A stretch of 64,000 bases of DNA from Chloroflexota bacterium (GTDB taxonomy: Bacteria > Chloroflexota > Limnocylindria > Limnocylindrales > CSP1-4): assembly GCA_013698095.1 (NCBI GenBank), contig JACCVQ010000120.1, positions 2,350 to 66,349 of the forward strand. Direction: 5' to 3'. The position numbers and the translations under genes were made by a program. The first letter of the stretch is position 1. Each line of letters starts with the position of its first letter. The notes beneath the pieces were generated by a model. It was not told the origin of the DNA. It saw only the letters and a list, made by a program, of their open reading frames with translations, and searched no databases. Shown piece after piece: positions 31,283 through 42,062 of the stretch.

Positions 31283-31864
31283 ATGAGCATTGAAACCCGA
31301 CCGTCAGGGCGACGCGTCCGGACCCCGCCGCCCGCCCGGACGATCGCCCGGCGGTTCGAAGCCGACCTGTCCGCAACCGTCCTCGCGGCTGGCACCCGGA
31401 TCACGAACGTCCGGCAGATCTCGGAACGGGTCGCGATGGGCCGGGCCCTGTGGCGCGAGCTCGTCATCGGGTTCGCGTCGCAGCTGGGCGAGATGCGTCT
31501 CGGGTTCACCCAGCTGGCGGCGCTCTACGTTCTCGCCGACACCGGGACGATGACGATCGGCGATCTGGCGGAGGTGATCAACCGCTCGCCGTCGGCGACC
31601 AGCCGGCTGGTGGACGGGCTCGTCCGGCGCCGGCTCGTCGAGCGCCGGATCGAGGCCGAGGATCGGCGCCAGCGGTCGCTCGTGCTCACGTCGCGCGGCG
31701 CCGCCCTGCTGCGGGTGGTCGATCGCGCCCGGGCCGATCAGTTTCTGTCGGCCATCCGGCCGTTGCCGACCGCCGAGCGGGCACTCATCGCGATGGGGGT
31801 CGCCGCCCTGGCCACCCACGCGATCTCGCGTCGGGGACGATTGATCAAAAACCGGGTCGAGTAG
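31283..31864 (+). CDS. MarR family transcriptional regulator, divergent from fabD
   Basis: Winged-HTH TIGDLAEVINRSPSATSRLVDGLVRRRLVER. An alternative start gives a ~142-aa product. Confidence 0.75.
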   Translation: MSIETRPSGRRVRTPPPARTIARRFEADLSATVLAAGTRITNVRQISERVAMGRALWRELVIGFASQLGEMRLGFTQLAALYVLADTGTMTIGDLAEVINRSPSATSRLVDGLVRRRLVERRIEAEDRRQRSLVLTSRGAALLRVVDRARADQFLSAIRPLPTAERALIAMGVAALATHAISRRGRLIKNRVE

Positions 31865-32185
31865 CGGTCGCGGCAAGAGCGGCTTGCAGCGCTGGCTCGC
31901 CGGGTGGACTGATCCCTGTCAGCGCCCAGCGGCACCAGAGAGACCCATGGACGCCAACCTGCGCATCGCCCAGCAGTCCGGATCGAGCACCGTCACAGCG
32001 CCGGCCGCTGGTCGCCGCTCGAGCGGATCCACCGCGACTGTGCCGCCCACGACAGCGAGCGGTCGTGGATCCGGAAGACGATCTTCCGCTGCTCGGGCTG
32101 CGCCGAGAACGTGACGGTCACCGTCGGCGACGAGGACGAGGTGCCGTCACCCGGCCCAGACGACCTGAGCGCCTTCGCTCCGCGG

Positions 32186-32374
32186 TCAGGCCGACGCGGC
32201 CTCGTCGCGCTCGATGACGATCGTGGCCCGTGGCCGGTTCAGCCGGCCACTGGCCCGCGCGATCATCGCCTCGATCGAGATGACGCTCGTCCTGTCGGCC
32301 GGTCCGCGCTGGGCGTAGCCGTCGCGCAGAGCGCACAGGCGTTCGAAGAACTCACGTCGCTGTTGTCGGTTCAT
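32186..32374 (-). CDS. hypothetical small protein (62 aa)
   Basis: GGGAG RBS 7 nt upstream of the ATG; coding-like codon usage. Confidence 0.3.
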   Translation of the reverse strand: MNRQQRREFFERLCALRDGYAQRGPADRTSVISIEAMIARASGRLNRPRATIVIERDEAASA

Positions 32375-32555
32375 GACGTTGCTCCCGCTTCGTCGTGGGG
32401 CCGCTCGGCCGCCATCGACGAACGTCATCCTCGATTCTGGGAGCTCTCGCGCCATCGGGCGGCTGCCCGATCCGTCGCCGCCGGTGTGCCCCATTTCGGG
32501 AGCCTCCACGATCTGCCTGCCTTACGCCGGTCCCGCGAGGTCTGGGATCCTGCGA

Positions 32556-33989
32556 TCAGCCGCAGAAGCGACGCACCACGTCGTACAGGACAGGCAGTCC
32601 CCAGCGGAGCGCGTCGACGCCGACCCGCTCGTCGACGCCGTGGAATCGCTCCATGAACCGCTCCTCGGGGTCCAGGAGGAGCGGCGAGAAGCCATAGGTC
32701 GGGACGTCGAGGAGCGCGGTGTGCTTGGCGTCGGTCGCGAACGGGACCATGAACGGAAGTGGAATGCCGTCCGGGTCGTGGTCGACGACCGTCCGGGCCA
32801 GGAGTCGGTACACGTCGGTGTCGACCGGCGCGGCCACCGGCGGGGCGTGGATCACGAGGGCGACGTCGACGTGGGCCGCAAGGTCGCCGAGCCGTCCGAT
32901 GACGGTCTCGCGCATGTCCTCCTCGGTCGTGCCCGGCAGGAGCCGGCAGTCGAGTTCGATCGAGGCGTCACCGGGGATGACGTTGTACTTGATCCCGGCG
33001 TGGACGATGTTGGGGCTGACCGTGTCGCGCAGGAGCGCCCGGATCACGCGGGCCGGCGTAGGGTCGCAGATCGCATCGAGGGCCGCCTCGCCGAGGCGCG
33101 GATCCTCGCTGGCAAGGGCCCGCAGGAGGCGCGCCTGCTCGCCATCGAGCTGGTCGGCGACGCCCCCGAGGAACGTCCGCATCACCTCTGTCGGGCGGGG
33201 GCCGCCCTGGACGGCGAGGCGGATGACGGCCTGGGCCGCCCGAACCGCCGCGTTGTCGTCGCGCGGCATCGAGCCGTGGCCCCACGTCCCGTGGACGGTC
33301 AGGCGGTACACGGCATAGCCCTTCTCGGCAACGCCGATCGGGTAGAACCGGCGCCCGCCGAACGAGGTCGCGACGGCACCGGATTCGTTGATGGCGGCGG
33401 CGGCCTGGATCAGCTCCGGCCGCTCCTGGACGATCCAGCCGATCCCGTTCAGACCGCCCGCCTCCTCGTCAGCCGTGCTCGTGAGGATCACGTCGCGGGT
33501 GAGACCCGGAATCGGATCCGTGGCGGGGTCGCGGCCGGCGGCCCGCGCCTCGGCGGCGAGCATCCGGACGACGGTCAGCTCCATCGCGAGGAGGTTCTTC
33601 ATGTCGACCGCACCGCGGCCCCAGACGTAGCCGTCGGCGAGATCGCCGTCGAACGGTCCATGGGTCCACGCCCCGGCGGCGGCCGGTACGACGTCGAGAT
33701 GGCTCAGGAGAAGGAGCGGCTCGCCACCGCTGCCGTCGCCCCGCAGCCGGGCGCTGACCGAGCCGCGGCCGGGCACGAGCTCGACGACCTCGGATGGCAC
33801 GCCGGCGTCGGCCAACGCGAGGGCGATCCAGGTCGCGGCCCTCGTCTCGCCGTCGGGCGCGTCGAACGGGACGGGATTGACCGACGGGATCCGGATCAGC
33901 TCGCGGAGTGTCTCGAGCAGCTCGTCACCGGCCCGCCCGAGCACGTCCGGGTCGAGGGCGGCCGAGGGCAGGGCGGGCGGTGCGGTCAC
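32556..33989 (-). CDS. M20 family metallopeptidase (dipeptidase / deacylase)
   Basis: LLLLSHLDVV, GAVDMK and TADEE metal-binding motifs. Confidence 0.8.
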   Translation of the reverse strand: MTAPPALPSAALDPDVLGRAGDELLETLRELIRIPSVNPVPFDAPDGETRAATWIALALADAGVPSEVVELVPGRGSVSARLRGDGSGGEPLLLLSHLDVVPAAAGAWTHGPFDGDLADGYVWGRGAVDMKNLLAMELTVVRMLAAEARAAGRDPATDPIPGLTRDVILTSTADEEAGGLNGIGWIVQERPELIQAAAAINESGAVATSFGGRRFYPIGVAEKGYAVYRLTVHGTWGHGSMPRDDNAAVRAAQAVIRLAVQGGPRPTEVMRTFLGGVADQLDGEQARLLRALASEDPRLGEAALDAICDPTPARVIRALLRDTVSPNIVHAGIKYNVIPGDASIELDCRLLPGTTEEDMRETVIGRLGDLAAHVDVALVIHAPPVAAPVDTDVYRLLARTVVDHDPDGIPLPFMVPFATDAKHTALLDVPTYGFSPLLLDPEERFMERFHGVDERVGVDALRWGLPVLYDVVRRFCG

Positions 33990-33999
33990 GGTCAGGCGC

Positions 34000-34296
34000 T
34001 CAGGCAGGCCGGCCGGCGAGCGCGTTGAACCCGAGAAGGGCCGCGATGATGCCGAGGACGAAGCCGCTGAGGACGATCGTGATCACCATGGCCAGCAGGA
34101 TCCGCAGGAGGCGTCGCTCCTCGCGCGCGGCGGCGGCCGGGTCCGGGTCGCGCCCGCCGGGGATGTACGGGGTCGCGAGGCCGCGCTTCCGGGCGGCAGC
34201 GCTGCGCTCGCTGTCATAGGCCCCGGGATCGGGCGGGACGGCGGTGCTCGACATGCCGGAGTCGGTTGGGGGGGCGGCCGGACGATGGCTGGTCAC
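34000..34296 (-). CDS. small membrane protein with a C-terminal TM helix; GTG start coupled to the GNAT stop (ATG at 34254 is an alternative)
   Basis: GTGA overlap with the upstream GNAT gene. C-terminal helix ILLAMVITIVLSGFVLGIIAALLGF. Confidence 0.4.
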   Translation of the reverse strand: MTSHRPAAPPTDSGMSSTAVPPDPGAYDSERSAAARKRGLATPYIPGGRDPDPAAAAREERRLLRILLAMVITIVLSGFVLGIIAALLGFNALAGRPA

Positions 34297-35249
34297 CGGG
34301 TCATCATCGCCGCGTCGACGGATCCGCGCATCGTGAGGAGGTCGGTCATCGGCCGATAGCCGAGTCTCCGGTTCACGGCCTGCATCGCGAGGTTGTCCTC
34401 GTCGCTGCCAGTCTCGAGGGCCGTGTAGCCATGGTCCGTTGCCCAGGAGATCGTCCGGAGCTTGAGGGCCGTCGCCAGCCCGCGGCGGCGCCACGTCCGG
34501 AGAACTGCGGTCATGTCATGGAAGGCAATTCCCGCCGACCCCGGCTTGTCCAGGAGCGCGGCGTAGCCGACGACCTGATCCGTGGCCCGCTCGATCGCGA
34601 TCACGAAGCCGCCGGCCGGGATCCCTGGTCGGTCGACGTCCCGTGCCCGGAACTCGGCGACGTCACCGGCGGTCATCGGCTTGTCGCCGCCCGGGATGTC
34701 AAGGAATGCCTCGAGGGCGACCGCATGGACGCCCTCGACGAGTTCGGGTCGCGTGGCCAGGTCGGTCAGCTCGATCCCGTTGGGGACGTCGACGGCCACC
34801 GGGCCGTGGCCGGCCAGCTCGAGCCGGACGGCATGCGCCCGCTCGAACTCGACGAAGCCTCGCCGCTCGAGGAAGGCGACCGCGTCCGCGCGATCGGCAG
34901 CGACGGGAACGTGGAGCTGGCGCTTGCCGCCCTCCTTCGCGACCCGCGCCGTCGCGCTGAGGAGGGCCGCTCCTGCTCCACGACCGCGCGCGTCGGGCAG
35001 GACATCGACCGTCGCCCACAGCGCCCCGTACTCGGGCGGATGGACCCAGATCCGGCCGACCGTCGCGGCGCCGATTGGACGGCCGTCGAGCTCGGCGATG
35101 AACCGCTCCTCGCCTGGGTAAGTCGCGTCGGCCCAGCGCATCTCCTCGACCGAGGTGGGGTCCTCCGGCGACGTCGCGTTGGCGATGGCCGCAATCGTGG
35201 CGAGATCGACATCGTCGTCGGTCGAGGCGGTCCGGATCGTGAGCGTCAC
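34293..35249 (-). CDS. tandem GNAT-domain N-acetyltransferase (MshD-like architecture)
   Basis: Two acetyl-CoA binding motifs (RGRGAGAALL, RRRGLATALK). GTGA overlap with the LLM gene. Confidence 0.75.
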   Translation of the reverse strand: MTLTIRTASTDDDVDLATIAAIANATSPEDPTSVEEMRWADATYPGEERFIAELDGRPIGAATVGRIWVHPPEYGALWATVDVLPDARGRGAGAALLSATARVAKEGGKRQLHVPVAADRADAVAFLERRGFVEFERAHAVRLELAGHGPVAVDVPNGIELTDLATRPELVEGVHAVALEAFLDIPGGDKPMTAGDVAEFRARDVDRPGIPAGGFVIAIERATDQVVGYAALLDKPGSAGIAFHDMTAVLRTWRRRGLATALKLRTISWATDHGYTALETGSDEDNLAMQAVNRRLGYRPMTDLLTMRGSVDAAMMTR

Positions 35250-36145
35250 CCGGTCGCGTCGCGCAGGGGCACGAGGCAGTCACCGACGATCTCGTCGAGC
35301 CCCGCCGGGCCGAGGGCCGCGGGCATGCCCAGGACGATGTGGGTGGCGCCCGCGGCGATGAGGCCGCGGGCGGCGGTCACGGCCTCGCGCCGACTGGCGG
35401 CGGTGGCGCCGGTCTGGACCTGGCCGGCGACATCGAAATCCGCCGGGTCACGACCCTCGTCCGACAAGGCGGCCGCGAGCTCGTCGCGTTTTTCCGCGAA
35501 GTACTCGATGTTGCCGGCGTGGGTCCCGGGCAGGAGCCAGCCCGCGGCGATCCTGGCCGCCAGCCGGATGCCGCGCGGCCCCTGGCCGCCGAGGTAGATG
35601 GGCGGACCGCCGGGCGTCCGCGGCGGCGGGGCGCAGACAGCGCCGCTCAACGGGTAGTGCGGATCGGGCCGGGTCACGCCGGGCGGTGCGGCGGCTTCCG
35701 GCGTGAACAGCGCCCGGATCGTGTCGACCGCGGCAACGAGCCGGTCGATCCGGAGACCGATCGGCGGCAGCTCGATCCCGAACGGCTCGTGCTCGCCTTC
35801 GAACCAGCCCGCGCCGAGGCCGAGGTTGAACCGGCCGTCGGTCGCGTGATCGAGGACGATCGCCGCCTTGGCGAGCAGGACCGGATGGCGGAACGTGTTC
35901 GACAGAACCGCATGACCAACAGTGATCCCGGGCACATGGTGGACGAGCGTCGCGAGCAGGGTCAGCGCCTCGAGCGAGCCACCCGGCGTGGCCGCGTCCA
36001 TGTTCGTGAGGTGGTCGTTCAGCCAGCCGCTGTCGAACCCGCCGTGGTCGGCGGCCGTGAGCTCGCCTGCCCGTGCCCATGTGGCGTCGAGCGTTGCCCA
36101 GTCGGCGTCCTGGGGCGAGGTCTTGAACCCGATCCGGACCGTCAT
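35246..36145 (-). CDS. LLM class (luciferase-like) flavin/F420-dependent oxidoreductase
   Basis: TIM-barrel LLM signature ([17 protein letters not shown]). ATGA overlap with ilvD. Confidence 0.8.
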   Translation of the reverse strand: MTVRIGFKTSPQDADWATLDATWARAGELTAADHGGFDSGWLNDHLTNMDAATPGGSLEALTLLATLVHHVPGITVGHAVLSNTFRHPVLLAKAAIVLDHATDGRFNLGLGAGWFEGEHEPFGIELPPIGLRIDRLVAAVDTIRALFTPEAAAPPGVTRPDPHYPLSGAVCAPPPRTPGGPPIYLGGQGPRGIRLAARIAAGWLLPGTHAGNIEYFAEKRDELAAALSDEGRDPADFDVAGQVQTGATAASRREAVTAARGLIAAGATHIVLGMPAALGPAGLDEIVGDCLVPLRDATG

Positions 36146-37959
36146 CCGCCCGAGATCACGAGGTCCGGCGCGGAGGCCTCGGCGTCGACGGAGCGCTGGC
36201 TTCGGCCGAGCGCGGTCGTCATCTGCCGGCCGGTCGTCACCGCGCCTTCGGAGGCGGACGAGACGAGCGCCGCGTACTTGGCCATCACGCCGCCGGTGTA
36301 GCGCGCGGCCGGCGCCGTCAAGGCCTCCCGGCGCTCGTCGAGCACGGCCGCGTCGACGGTCAGGTCCAGCCGCCGCGCGTCGACGTCGATGACGATCTCG
36401 TCACCCTCCGCGACCAGCCCGATCGGCCCCCCGAGGGCTGCCTCCGGGGCGATGTGGCCGATCATCAGCCCGTGGGTTCCGCCCGAAAACCGACCGTCGG
36501 TGATCAGCGCCACGCTGTCGCCAAGCCCCTCGCCGACGAGGGCGCCGGTCACGCTCAGCATCTCCTGCATCCCGGGCCCGCCGACCGGGCCCTCGTAGCG
36601 GATCACGACCACGTCGCCGGCCACGATCCGCCGATCTCGGACAGCGGCGAAGCAGTCCGCCTCCGAGTCGAAGACGCGGGCCGGGCCCCGATGGAGGCGG
36701 CGCTCGTGGCCGGCCAGCTTGACGACGCATCCGTCGGGGGCGAGCGAGCCGCGCAGGATCGCGAGGCCGCCGGTCGGCTTCAACGGGCGATCGATCGGCA
36801 GGACGACGACCTGGCCCTCGGTCTCGACCGCCGCGGCGGCGATGTCGGCGGTCGAGCGGCCGTCGACGTTGGGCGCCGCGCCGTCGATCCGGCCGCCGGC
36901 CAGGAGCTCGCGGGTGACAAGTCCCAATCCCCCGGCCTCGTACAGGTGGGTGGCGGTGTAGCGGCCACCCGGCTGGAGGTCGGCCACGATCGGGGTCCGG
37001 TTGGCGATCGTGTCGAACTCGTCGATGCCGAGCGGCAGGCCGTACTCGTGGGCGATCGCGAGGAGGTGGAGGACGGCGTTGGTCGAGCCCCCGGTCGCCG
37101 CGACGGCAGCGATCGCGTTGTCGATCGACGTCCTGGTCACGAAGCGCGAAGGGCGGAGATCCTCACGGACCAGACGCATCACGAGCTCGCCGGCCCGCCG
37201 GGCAGCGTCGTCCTTGGCCGGATCCTCGGACGGGATGTCGTTCAGGCCCGCAGGCGACAGTCCGAGCATCTCCATGACCATGCTCATCGTGTTCGCCGTG
37301 AACTGGCCGCCGCACGCGCCTGGGCCCGGGCACGAGGCGTTCTCGACCTCGTACAGCTGGTCGAGCGTGATCCTGCCGGCCCGGTAGGCTCCGATCGCCT
37401 CGAAGATCGTCACGACTGTCGCGTCCCGTGAGCCGCCGTCTGCCCCGCCCATGGGCACCGAGCGGATGCCGGGATAGATCGTGCCGGAATAGAGCGCGAG
37501 GCCGGGGATGTCGAGCCGGCCGAGGGCCATCGCCGCGCCAGGCCCGGTCTTGTCGCAGCCGAAGATGCAGACGAGCCCGTCGAACAGGTGGCCGCGCGCG
37601 ACGAGCTCGATCGAATCGGCCACGACCTCACGGCTGACGAGCGACGCCTTCATCCCCTCGGTGCCCATCGACACCCCGTCGCTGACCGAGATCGTGTTGA
37701 ACTCCATCGGCGTCCCGCCGGCCGCCCGGATGCCGGACTTCACCGATTCCGCCAGGCGGCGGTGGTTGAAGTTGCACGGCATCGTCTCGATCCAGTTGTG
37801 CCCGACGCCGACGATGGGCTTGGCGAGGTCCTCGTCGCTGAAGCCGATCGCCTTGAGCATCCCTCGCGCTCCGGCCCGATCGGGACCGTCGGTCAATGCG
37901 GCGGAATGACGCTTGGCGGGATCGGACTGGCGGTCGTCGGGGTTCTGCGACTCGGACAT
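36142..37959 (-). CDS. ilvD: dihydroxy-acid dehydratase
   Basis: Fe-S ligands and CDKTGPG motif; full length 605 aa. Confidence 0.9.
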   Translation of the reverse strand: MSESQNPDDRQSDPAKRHSAALTDGPDRAGARGMLKAIGFSDEDLAKPIVGVGHNWIETMPCNFNHRRLAESVKSGIRAAGGTPMEFNTISVSDGVSMGTEGMKASLVSREVVADSIELVARGHLFDGLVCIFGCDKTGPGAAMALGRLDIPGLALYSGTIYPGIRSVPMGGADGGSRDATVVTIFEAIGAYRAGRITLDQLYEVENASCPGPGACGGQFTANTMSMVMEMLGLSPAGLNDIPSEDPAKDDAARRAGELVMRLVREDLRPSRFVTRTSIDNAIAAVAATGGSTNAVLHLLAIAHEYGLPLGIDEFDTIANRTPIVADLQPGGRYTATHLYEAGGLGLVTRELLAGGRIDGAAPNVDGRSTADIAAAAVETEGQVVVLPIDRPLKPTGGLAILRGSLAPDGCVVKLAGHERRLHRGPARVFDSEADCFAAVRDRRIVAGDVVVIRYEGPVGGPGMQEMLSVTGALVGEGLGDSVALITDGRFSGGTHGLMIGHIAPEAALGGPIGLVAEGDEIVIDVDARRLDLTVDAAVLDERREALTAPAARYTGGVMAKYAALVSSASEGAVTTGRQMTTALGRSQRSVDAEASAPDLVISGG

Positions 37960-38149
37960 CAGGGGCGTCTCCGGTGACGGGCGACGGACAGGCGGCTGGG
38001 AACGCGGTCAAGTCTAGGACGCGAACGCCGACGCCGAAACCGACACCGCCACGAACGCCGGCCCTGCGGTCGACCGGCGCGATCTCTTCCACCCTGACCC
38101 GCACGCGACTATGCTGTGGGGATCGCAAGGCGGACTGCTGGAGAGGGTG

Positions 38150-38581
38150 ATGGCGACGCATACGGACCAGAAGCTCGAAATCCTCAAGCGGGTCCCGCTC
38201 CTGGCCGGGCTCGGCCGGCGCGAGATCGAGGAGGTCGGCCGATTGGCCGAGGAGGTCGACGTCCCGGCCGGCAAGGTGCTGATGCGCGAGGGCGACACCG
38301 GCCGCGAGTTCTTCGTCCTCATCGACGGCTCGGTCGGGATCGATCGTGGCGGGGAGCACCTCCGGACGATGGAGGGCGGCGACTTCTTCGGCGAGATCGC
38401 GCTGCTGGCCGAGGGGCCGCGGACCGCGACGGCGACCGCCGCCGCCGATTCCAAGCTCCTGGTCCTTGGCCATCGGGAGTTCCATTCGCTGATGGACCAG
38501 TTCCCGGCGATCCGGACCTGTGTCTTCGAAGCGCTGGCCAAGCGGATCCGCGTCCTGGAGCCCGAATCCCCGCAGTGCTGA
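38150..38581 (+). CDS. stand-alone cyclic nucleotide-binding domain protein
   Basis: GDFFGEIALLAEGPRTATA motif. GGAGAGGGTG-ATG RBS. Confidence 0.75.
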   Translation: MATHTDQKLEILKRVPLLAGLGRREIEEVGRLAEEVDVPAGKVLMREGDTGREFFVLIDGSVGIDRGGEHLRTMEGGDFFGEIALLAEGPRTATATAAADSKLLVLGHREFHSLMDQFPAIRTCVFEALAKRIRVLEPESPQC

Positions 38582-38807
38582 CCATCCGCTGATGGACCTT
38601 CGTCGGCGCCGTAACCGATCCGCCACCGAACCGCGACCCGCGCCGTGAACAAGCCTCTTGCCTTCCTGCCCGATGCGATGCACGATGGCTACTAGATGAG
38701 AATGTCCGCTCGGTTCATGGCCTGCCCCTGTCCGTGTACCGCCATGCAGGGCGGACGGTGTAAGCAGGGCGTGCGGCTCCACTGACGGCTGGCTCGCCCC
38801 ACCACCG

Positions 38808-38835
38808 GACCCCTGCACGGCAGGGGTCTTTTTCG
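38808..38835 (+). terminator. strong intrinsic terminator-like hairpin (gacccctgc-acg-gcaggggtc followed by TTTTT)
   Basis: Nine-bp GC stem plus U tract. Located 225 nt downstream of the cNMP-binding gene and 40 nt upstream of the rhodanese start. Confidence 0.5.
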
Positions 38836-38875
38836 TTCTCACGACCTGTCTTCTCGATCATTGCAGGAGATCCCG

Positions 38876-40231
38876 ATGACCCAGTCCGTCGCCACCCACT
38901 CGGGCAGCCCGCCGTCGATCGACGCCGGCGCCCTCCACGATCGACTCGCCGACCTCGCGCTGACGATCGTCGATGTTCGACCACTCAGCGCCTTCAATGG
39001 TTGGCGCCTCACCGATGAAGCCCGCGGCGGCCATGTGCCCGGCGCCGTGTCCCTGCCCCAAGCCTGGTTCGAGAGCGTCGACCGGCCCGAGCTCCTCCGC
39101 CTCCTGGAGCGCAAGGGCATCACCGCCGCACGTGACATCGTCGTCTACGGCCGCGACGAGACCGAGGCCGCTGCCGCCGTCGCCGGCCTCGCCGACCTCG
39201 GAGTGCCCGGCGCGACAATTCTCGCCGGTGGCTTCAGCGCCTGGGCCACGGCCGATGATCGCCCGGTCGATCGACTGGCGCGACACGATCGGCTCGTCCA
39301 TATCGAGTGGCTCGGCCAGCTCCTCGCCGGTGGCAAGCCGGAGGCAGCGCCGGCCGGCAAGTTCCTCCTGTTCCACGTCAACTTCGGCGTCCCCGAGGAA
39401 TACGCGGAAGGTCACATCCCGGGCGCCGGCTACCTCGACACGAACTGGCTCGAGAACCCAAAGGACTGGAACCGCCGGACGCCCGACGAGCTCGAGAACG
39501 CCCTTCGCAGCCTCGGCATCACGAGCGACACGACCATCGTGGTCTACGGCCGCGACACGGTCGGTGAGGCCAACGAGAAATGGCCCGGCCGGCGAGCCGG
39601 ACAGATCGCCGCCACCCGGGCGTTGATGATCCTGCGCTACGCCGGGGTCGAGGACGTCCGCCTCCTCGACGGCGGCTACGACTGGTGGGTGCGGGCCGGT
39701 TACCCGGTCGAGACCACGCCGCGCGACGTCGTTCCGGTCGCCGACTTCGGCGTCCAGATCCCGCTCCGGCCCGAGGTCATCGTCGACATCGCCGAGGCCA
39801 AGGAAATCCTGGCCGACCAGGGCGGTGCGGCGCTCGTCAGCGTCCGGACCTGGAAGGAGCACATCGGCCGGGTCAGCGGCTATAACTACATCGGGCCGGC
39901 CGGCCGGATCGCAGGCGACGTCTGGGGCAACTGCGGCGCCGACGCCTATCACATGCAGCACTACCGGAACATCGACAACACGATGCGGGCATACCCCGAG
40001 ATCACGGCCAACTGGGCCGAGGCCGGGATCACCGCCGACAAGTGGGTCGCGTTCTACTGCGGCACCGGCTGGCGGGCAAGCGAGACCTGGTTCTACGCCT
40101 ATCTCCAGGGCTGGGACCGGATCGCGGTCTACGACGGCGGCTGGTTCGAGTGGAGCCAGGATCCGGCGAACAACCCGATCGAAATCGGCGACCCCGACGC
40201 GGTCTCGCCCCAGGACGAGTACGCCGCGTAG
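38876..40231 (+). CDS. multi-rhodanese-domain sulfurtransferase
   Basis: Rhodanese repeats with active-site CGTGWRAS. AGGAGA RBS. Confidence 0.8.
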   Translation: MTQSVATHSGSPPSIDAGALHDRLADLALTIVDVRPLSAFNGWRLTDEARGGHVPGAVSLPQAWFESVDRPELLRLLERKGITAARDIVVYGRDETEAAAAVAGLADLGVPGATILAGGFSAWATADDRPVDRLARHDRLVHIEWLGQLLAGGKPEAAPAGKFLLFHVNFGVPEEYAEGHIPGAGYLDTNWLENPKDWNRRTPDELENALRSLGITSDTTIVVYGRDTVGEANEKWPGRRAGQIAATRALMILRYAGVEDVRLLDGGYDWWVRAGYPVETTPRDVVPVADFGVQIPLRPEVIVDIAEAKEILADQGGAALVSVRTWKEHIGRVSGYNYIGPAGRIAGDVWGNCGADAYHMQHYRNIDNTMRAYPEITANWAEAGITADKWVAFYCGTGWRASETWFYAYLQGWDRIAVYDGGWFEWSQDPANNPIEIGDPDAVSPQDEYAA

Positions 40232-40255
40232 GTCGATCGCGGTCGCCGGCCGGCG

Positions 40256-42004
40256 TCAGCGCTGGCCGGCGATCCACGTTTCGACGACGCCCCGGAGCGT
40301 GGCCAGGCCCACCGCGCCCTGGCCGAGGACGACGTCGTGGAAGGCGCGGATGTCGAAGCGATCGCCGAGCGCCGCCCGGGCCTGATCGCGGAGGGCGAGG
40401 ATCTCGCGCTGGCCGAGCTTGTAGGCGAGTGCCTGGCCGGGGATCGCGAGATAGCGATCGACTTCGTTGGCAATGTTGTTCGGCGCGAGCGCCGTGTGTT
40501 CGGTCATGAACCGGATCGCCGCAGCGCGGCTCCAGCCGAGGGCGTGGAGTCCGGTGTCGACGACCAGACGGCTTGCCCGCCAGGCGTCGAACGACAGGAT
40601 TCCGAACCGGTCGAGATCGCCCGACAGGAGGCCCATCTCCTCGGACAGCCGTTCGCTGTACAGGCCCCACCCTTCGATATAGGCGGTCGGGCCGGCGAAG
40701 CGTCGGAACGCCGGCAGCTCGTCGAGCTCCTGGGCGATCGCGATCTGGAGGTGATGGCCCGGGACGGCCTCGTGGAACGCCAGCGTCTCCGCCTCATACC
40801 GAGGGCGAGTCTCTGGCTCGGTGGTGTTGATGTAGTAGCTCCCGGGCCGGCTGCCGTCGGCGGCGGGCTCGCGGTAGTAGGCGATCGTGGAGTACCTGGC
40901 CTCGTGCTGGCCGATCTCGACGACCACGCAGGGCGCCTTCGGCAGGCGGCCGAACCAGGCAGCGATCGCCGCGTTCGCCCGCGCGAGCGACCCTTGGGCG
41001 ACGGCCAGCACCTCGGCCGACGTCGCGAACTGGAGCGTCAGGTCCGAGCGCAACCGGGCAAGGATCGCCGGCTGGTCGCCGGTCCCGAGCAGGCGGCCGC
41101 CCAGCTCACGGAACTCGGCGTCGATCCGATCGGTCTCCTCCAGCCCGATCCGGTGGATCTCGTCCGGGCTCAGGCCGAGGGTCGTGTTCGCCCGGACGAG
41201 GCGGGCGTAGGCCTCGTCGCCACTGGGCAGAGCGCAGAGCCCGGGCCGGTCGTCGTCGCGGGCCACCGGCCGGAGCTCGTCAGCAAGGAACGAGCGGTAG
41301 CGCGCGAAGGCCGGGCGAACGCCGTTCTCGACGGCCCCGGCGACGTCCGTCGCGTAGCGCTCGCGGGTGGCGGGCGGCCAGTCATCCGGCGTGTCGCGCA
41401 CCGGATCAAGGAGCGGCCAGGTGTCCACCGGCCGGGCGAGCAGGTCGTCCAACTCGATCAGGACGCTCCGAACCAGGGCCTGCGGCGCCGCCACGCCGCG
41501 CCCGAGCGCCGAGCGCGATGTCTCGACCAGGCGGTCGATCGACGGGCCCATCTCGCGCCAGCGGCCGACCAGCGCCTCCCCGTCCGCGGTCGATGCAACG
41601 GGCTGGAAGGACGGGATGTTCAGGAACTGGACCTGAGGTCCGTCGAGCGGATCGACCGCCCATCCCGCGACGCCCGACTCGACGAGATCGAGCTCTGCCT
41701 GGAGGAAGTCGAGCAGGGCTGCGTGGGTCACTCGGTCGCCAGCGAGGAGCCCCGCCCGATCGATCGCCATGGCCCGCCGGCGGAAGGTGTCGAGGCGCTC
41801 GCGATCGGCCTCGAGCGCATCGTGGCCGTTGGCCCGGAGGTGGGCGTCGAAGCGGCGGTCGCCGAGCGCGGTGGCGGCGACGGGCCGCGCGGCGAGCTGG
41901 CTGTTCCACGCTTCGTCGGCCAGCGCGGCAAGGCTGGTCGCGGCGTCGTTGGTCCTGTCAGGATCCCCGGCGCGGCCGGTTTCGGATGAGGTCTGGTCGG
42001 TCAT
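40256..42004 (-). CDS. DUF885 family protein (putative metallopeptidase-like)
   Basis: HEAVPGHHLQ zinc-binding-like motif. Start chosen at ATG 42004 to avoid overlap with the downstream gene. Confidence 0.7.
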   Translation of the reverse strand: MTDQTSSETGRAGDPDRTNDAATSLAALADEAWNSQLAARPVAATALGDRRFDAHLRANGHDALEADRERLDTFRRRAMAIDRAGLLAGDRVTHAALLDFLQAELDLVESGVAGWAVDPLDGPQVQFLNIPSFQPVASTADGEALVGRWREMGPSIDRLVETSRSALGRGVAAPQALVRSVLIELDDLLARPVDTWPLLDPVRDTPDDWPPATRERYATDVAGAVENGVRPAFARYRSFLADELRPVARDDDRPGLCALPSGDEAYARLVRANTTLGLSPDEIHRIGLEETDRIDAEFRELGGRLLGTGDQPAILARLRSDLTLQFATSAEVLAVAQGSLARANAAIAAWFGRLPKAPCVVVEIGQHEARYSTIAYYREPAADGSRPGSYYINTTEPETRPRYEAETLAFHEAVPGHHLQIAIAQELDELPAFRRFAGPTAYIEGWGLYSERLSEEMGLLSGDLDRFGILSFDAWRASRLVVDTGLHALGWSRAAAIRFMTEHTALAPNNIANEVDRYLAIPGQALAYKLGQREILALRDQARAALGDRFDIRAFHDVVLGQGAVGLATLRGVVETWIAGQR

Positions 42005-42062
42005 CCGCGGATCGTAGGCCGCCAGGGCGCAGCCCGGCGGGGCGGTCCGAAGCGAACCGTCA

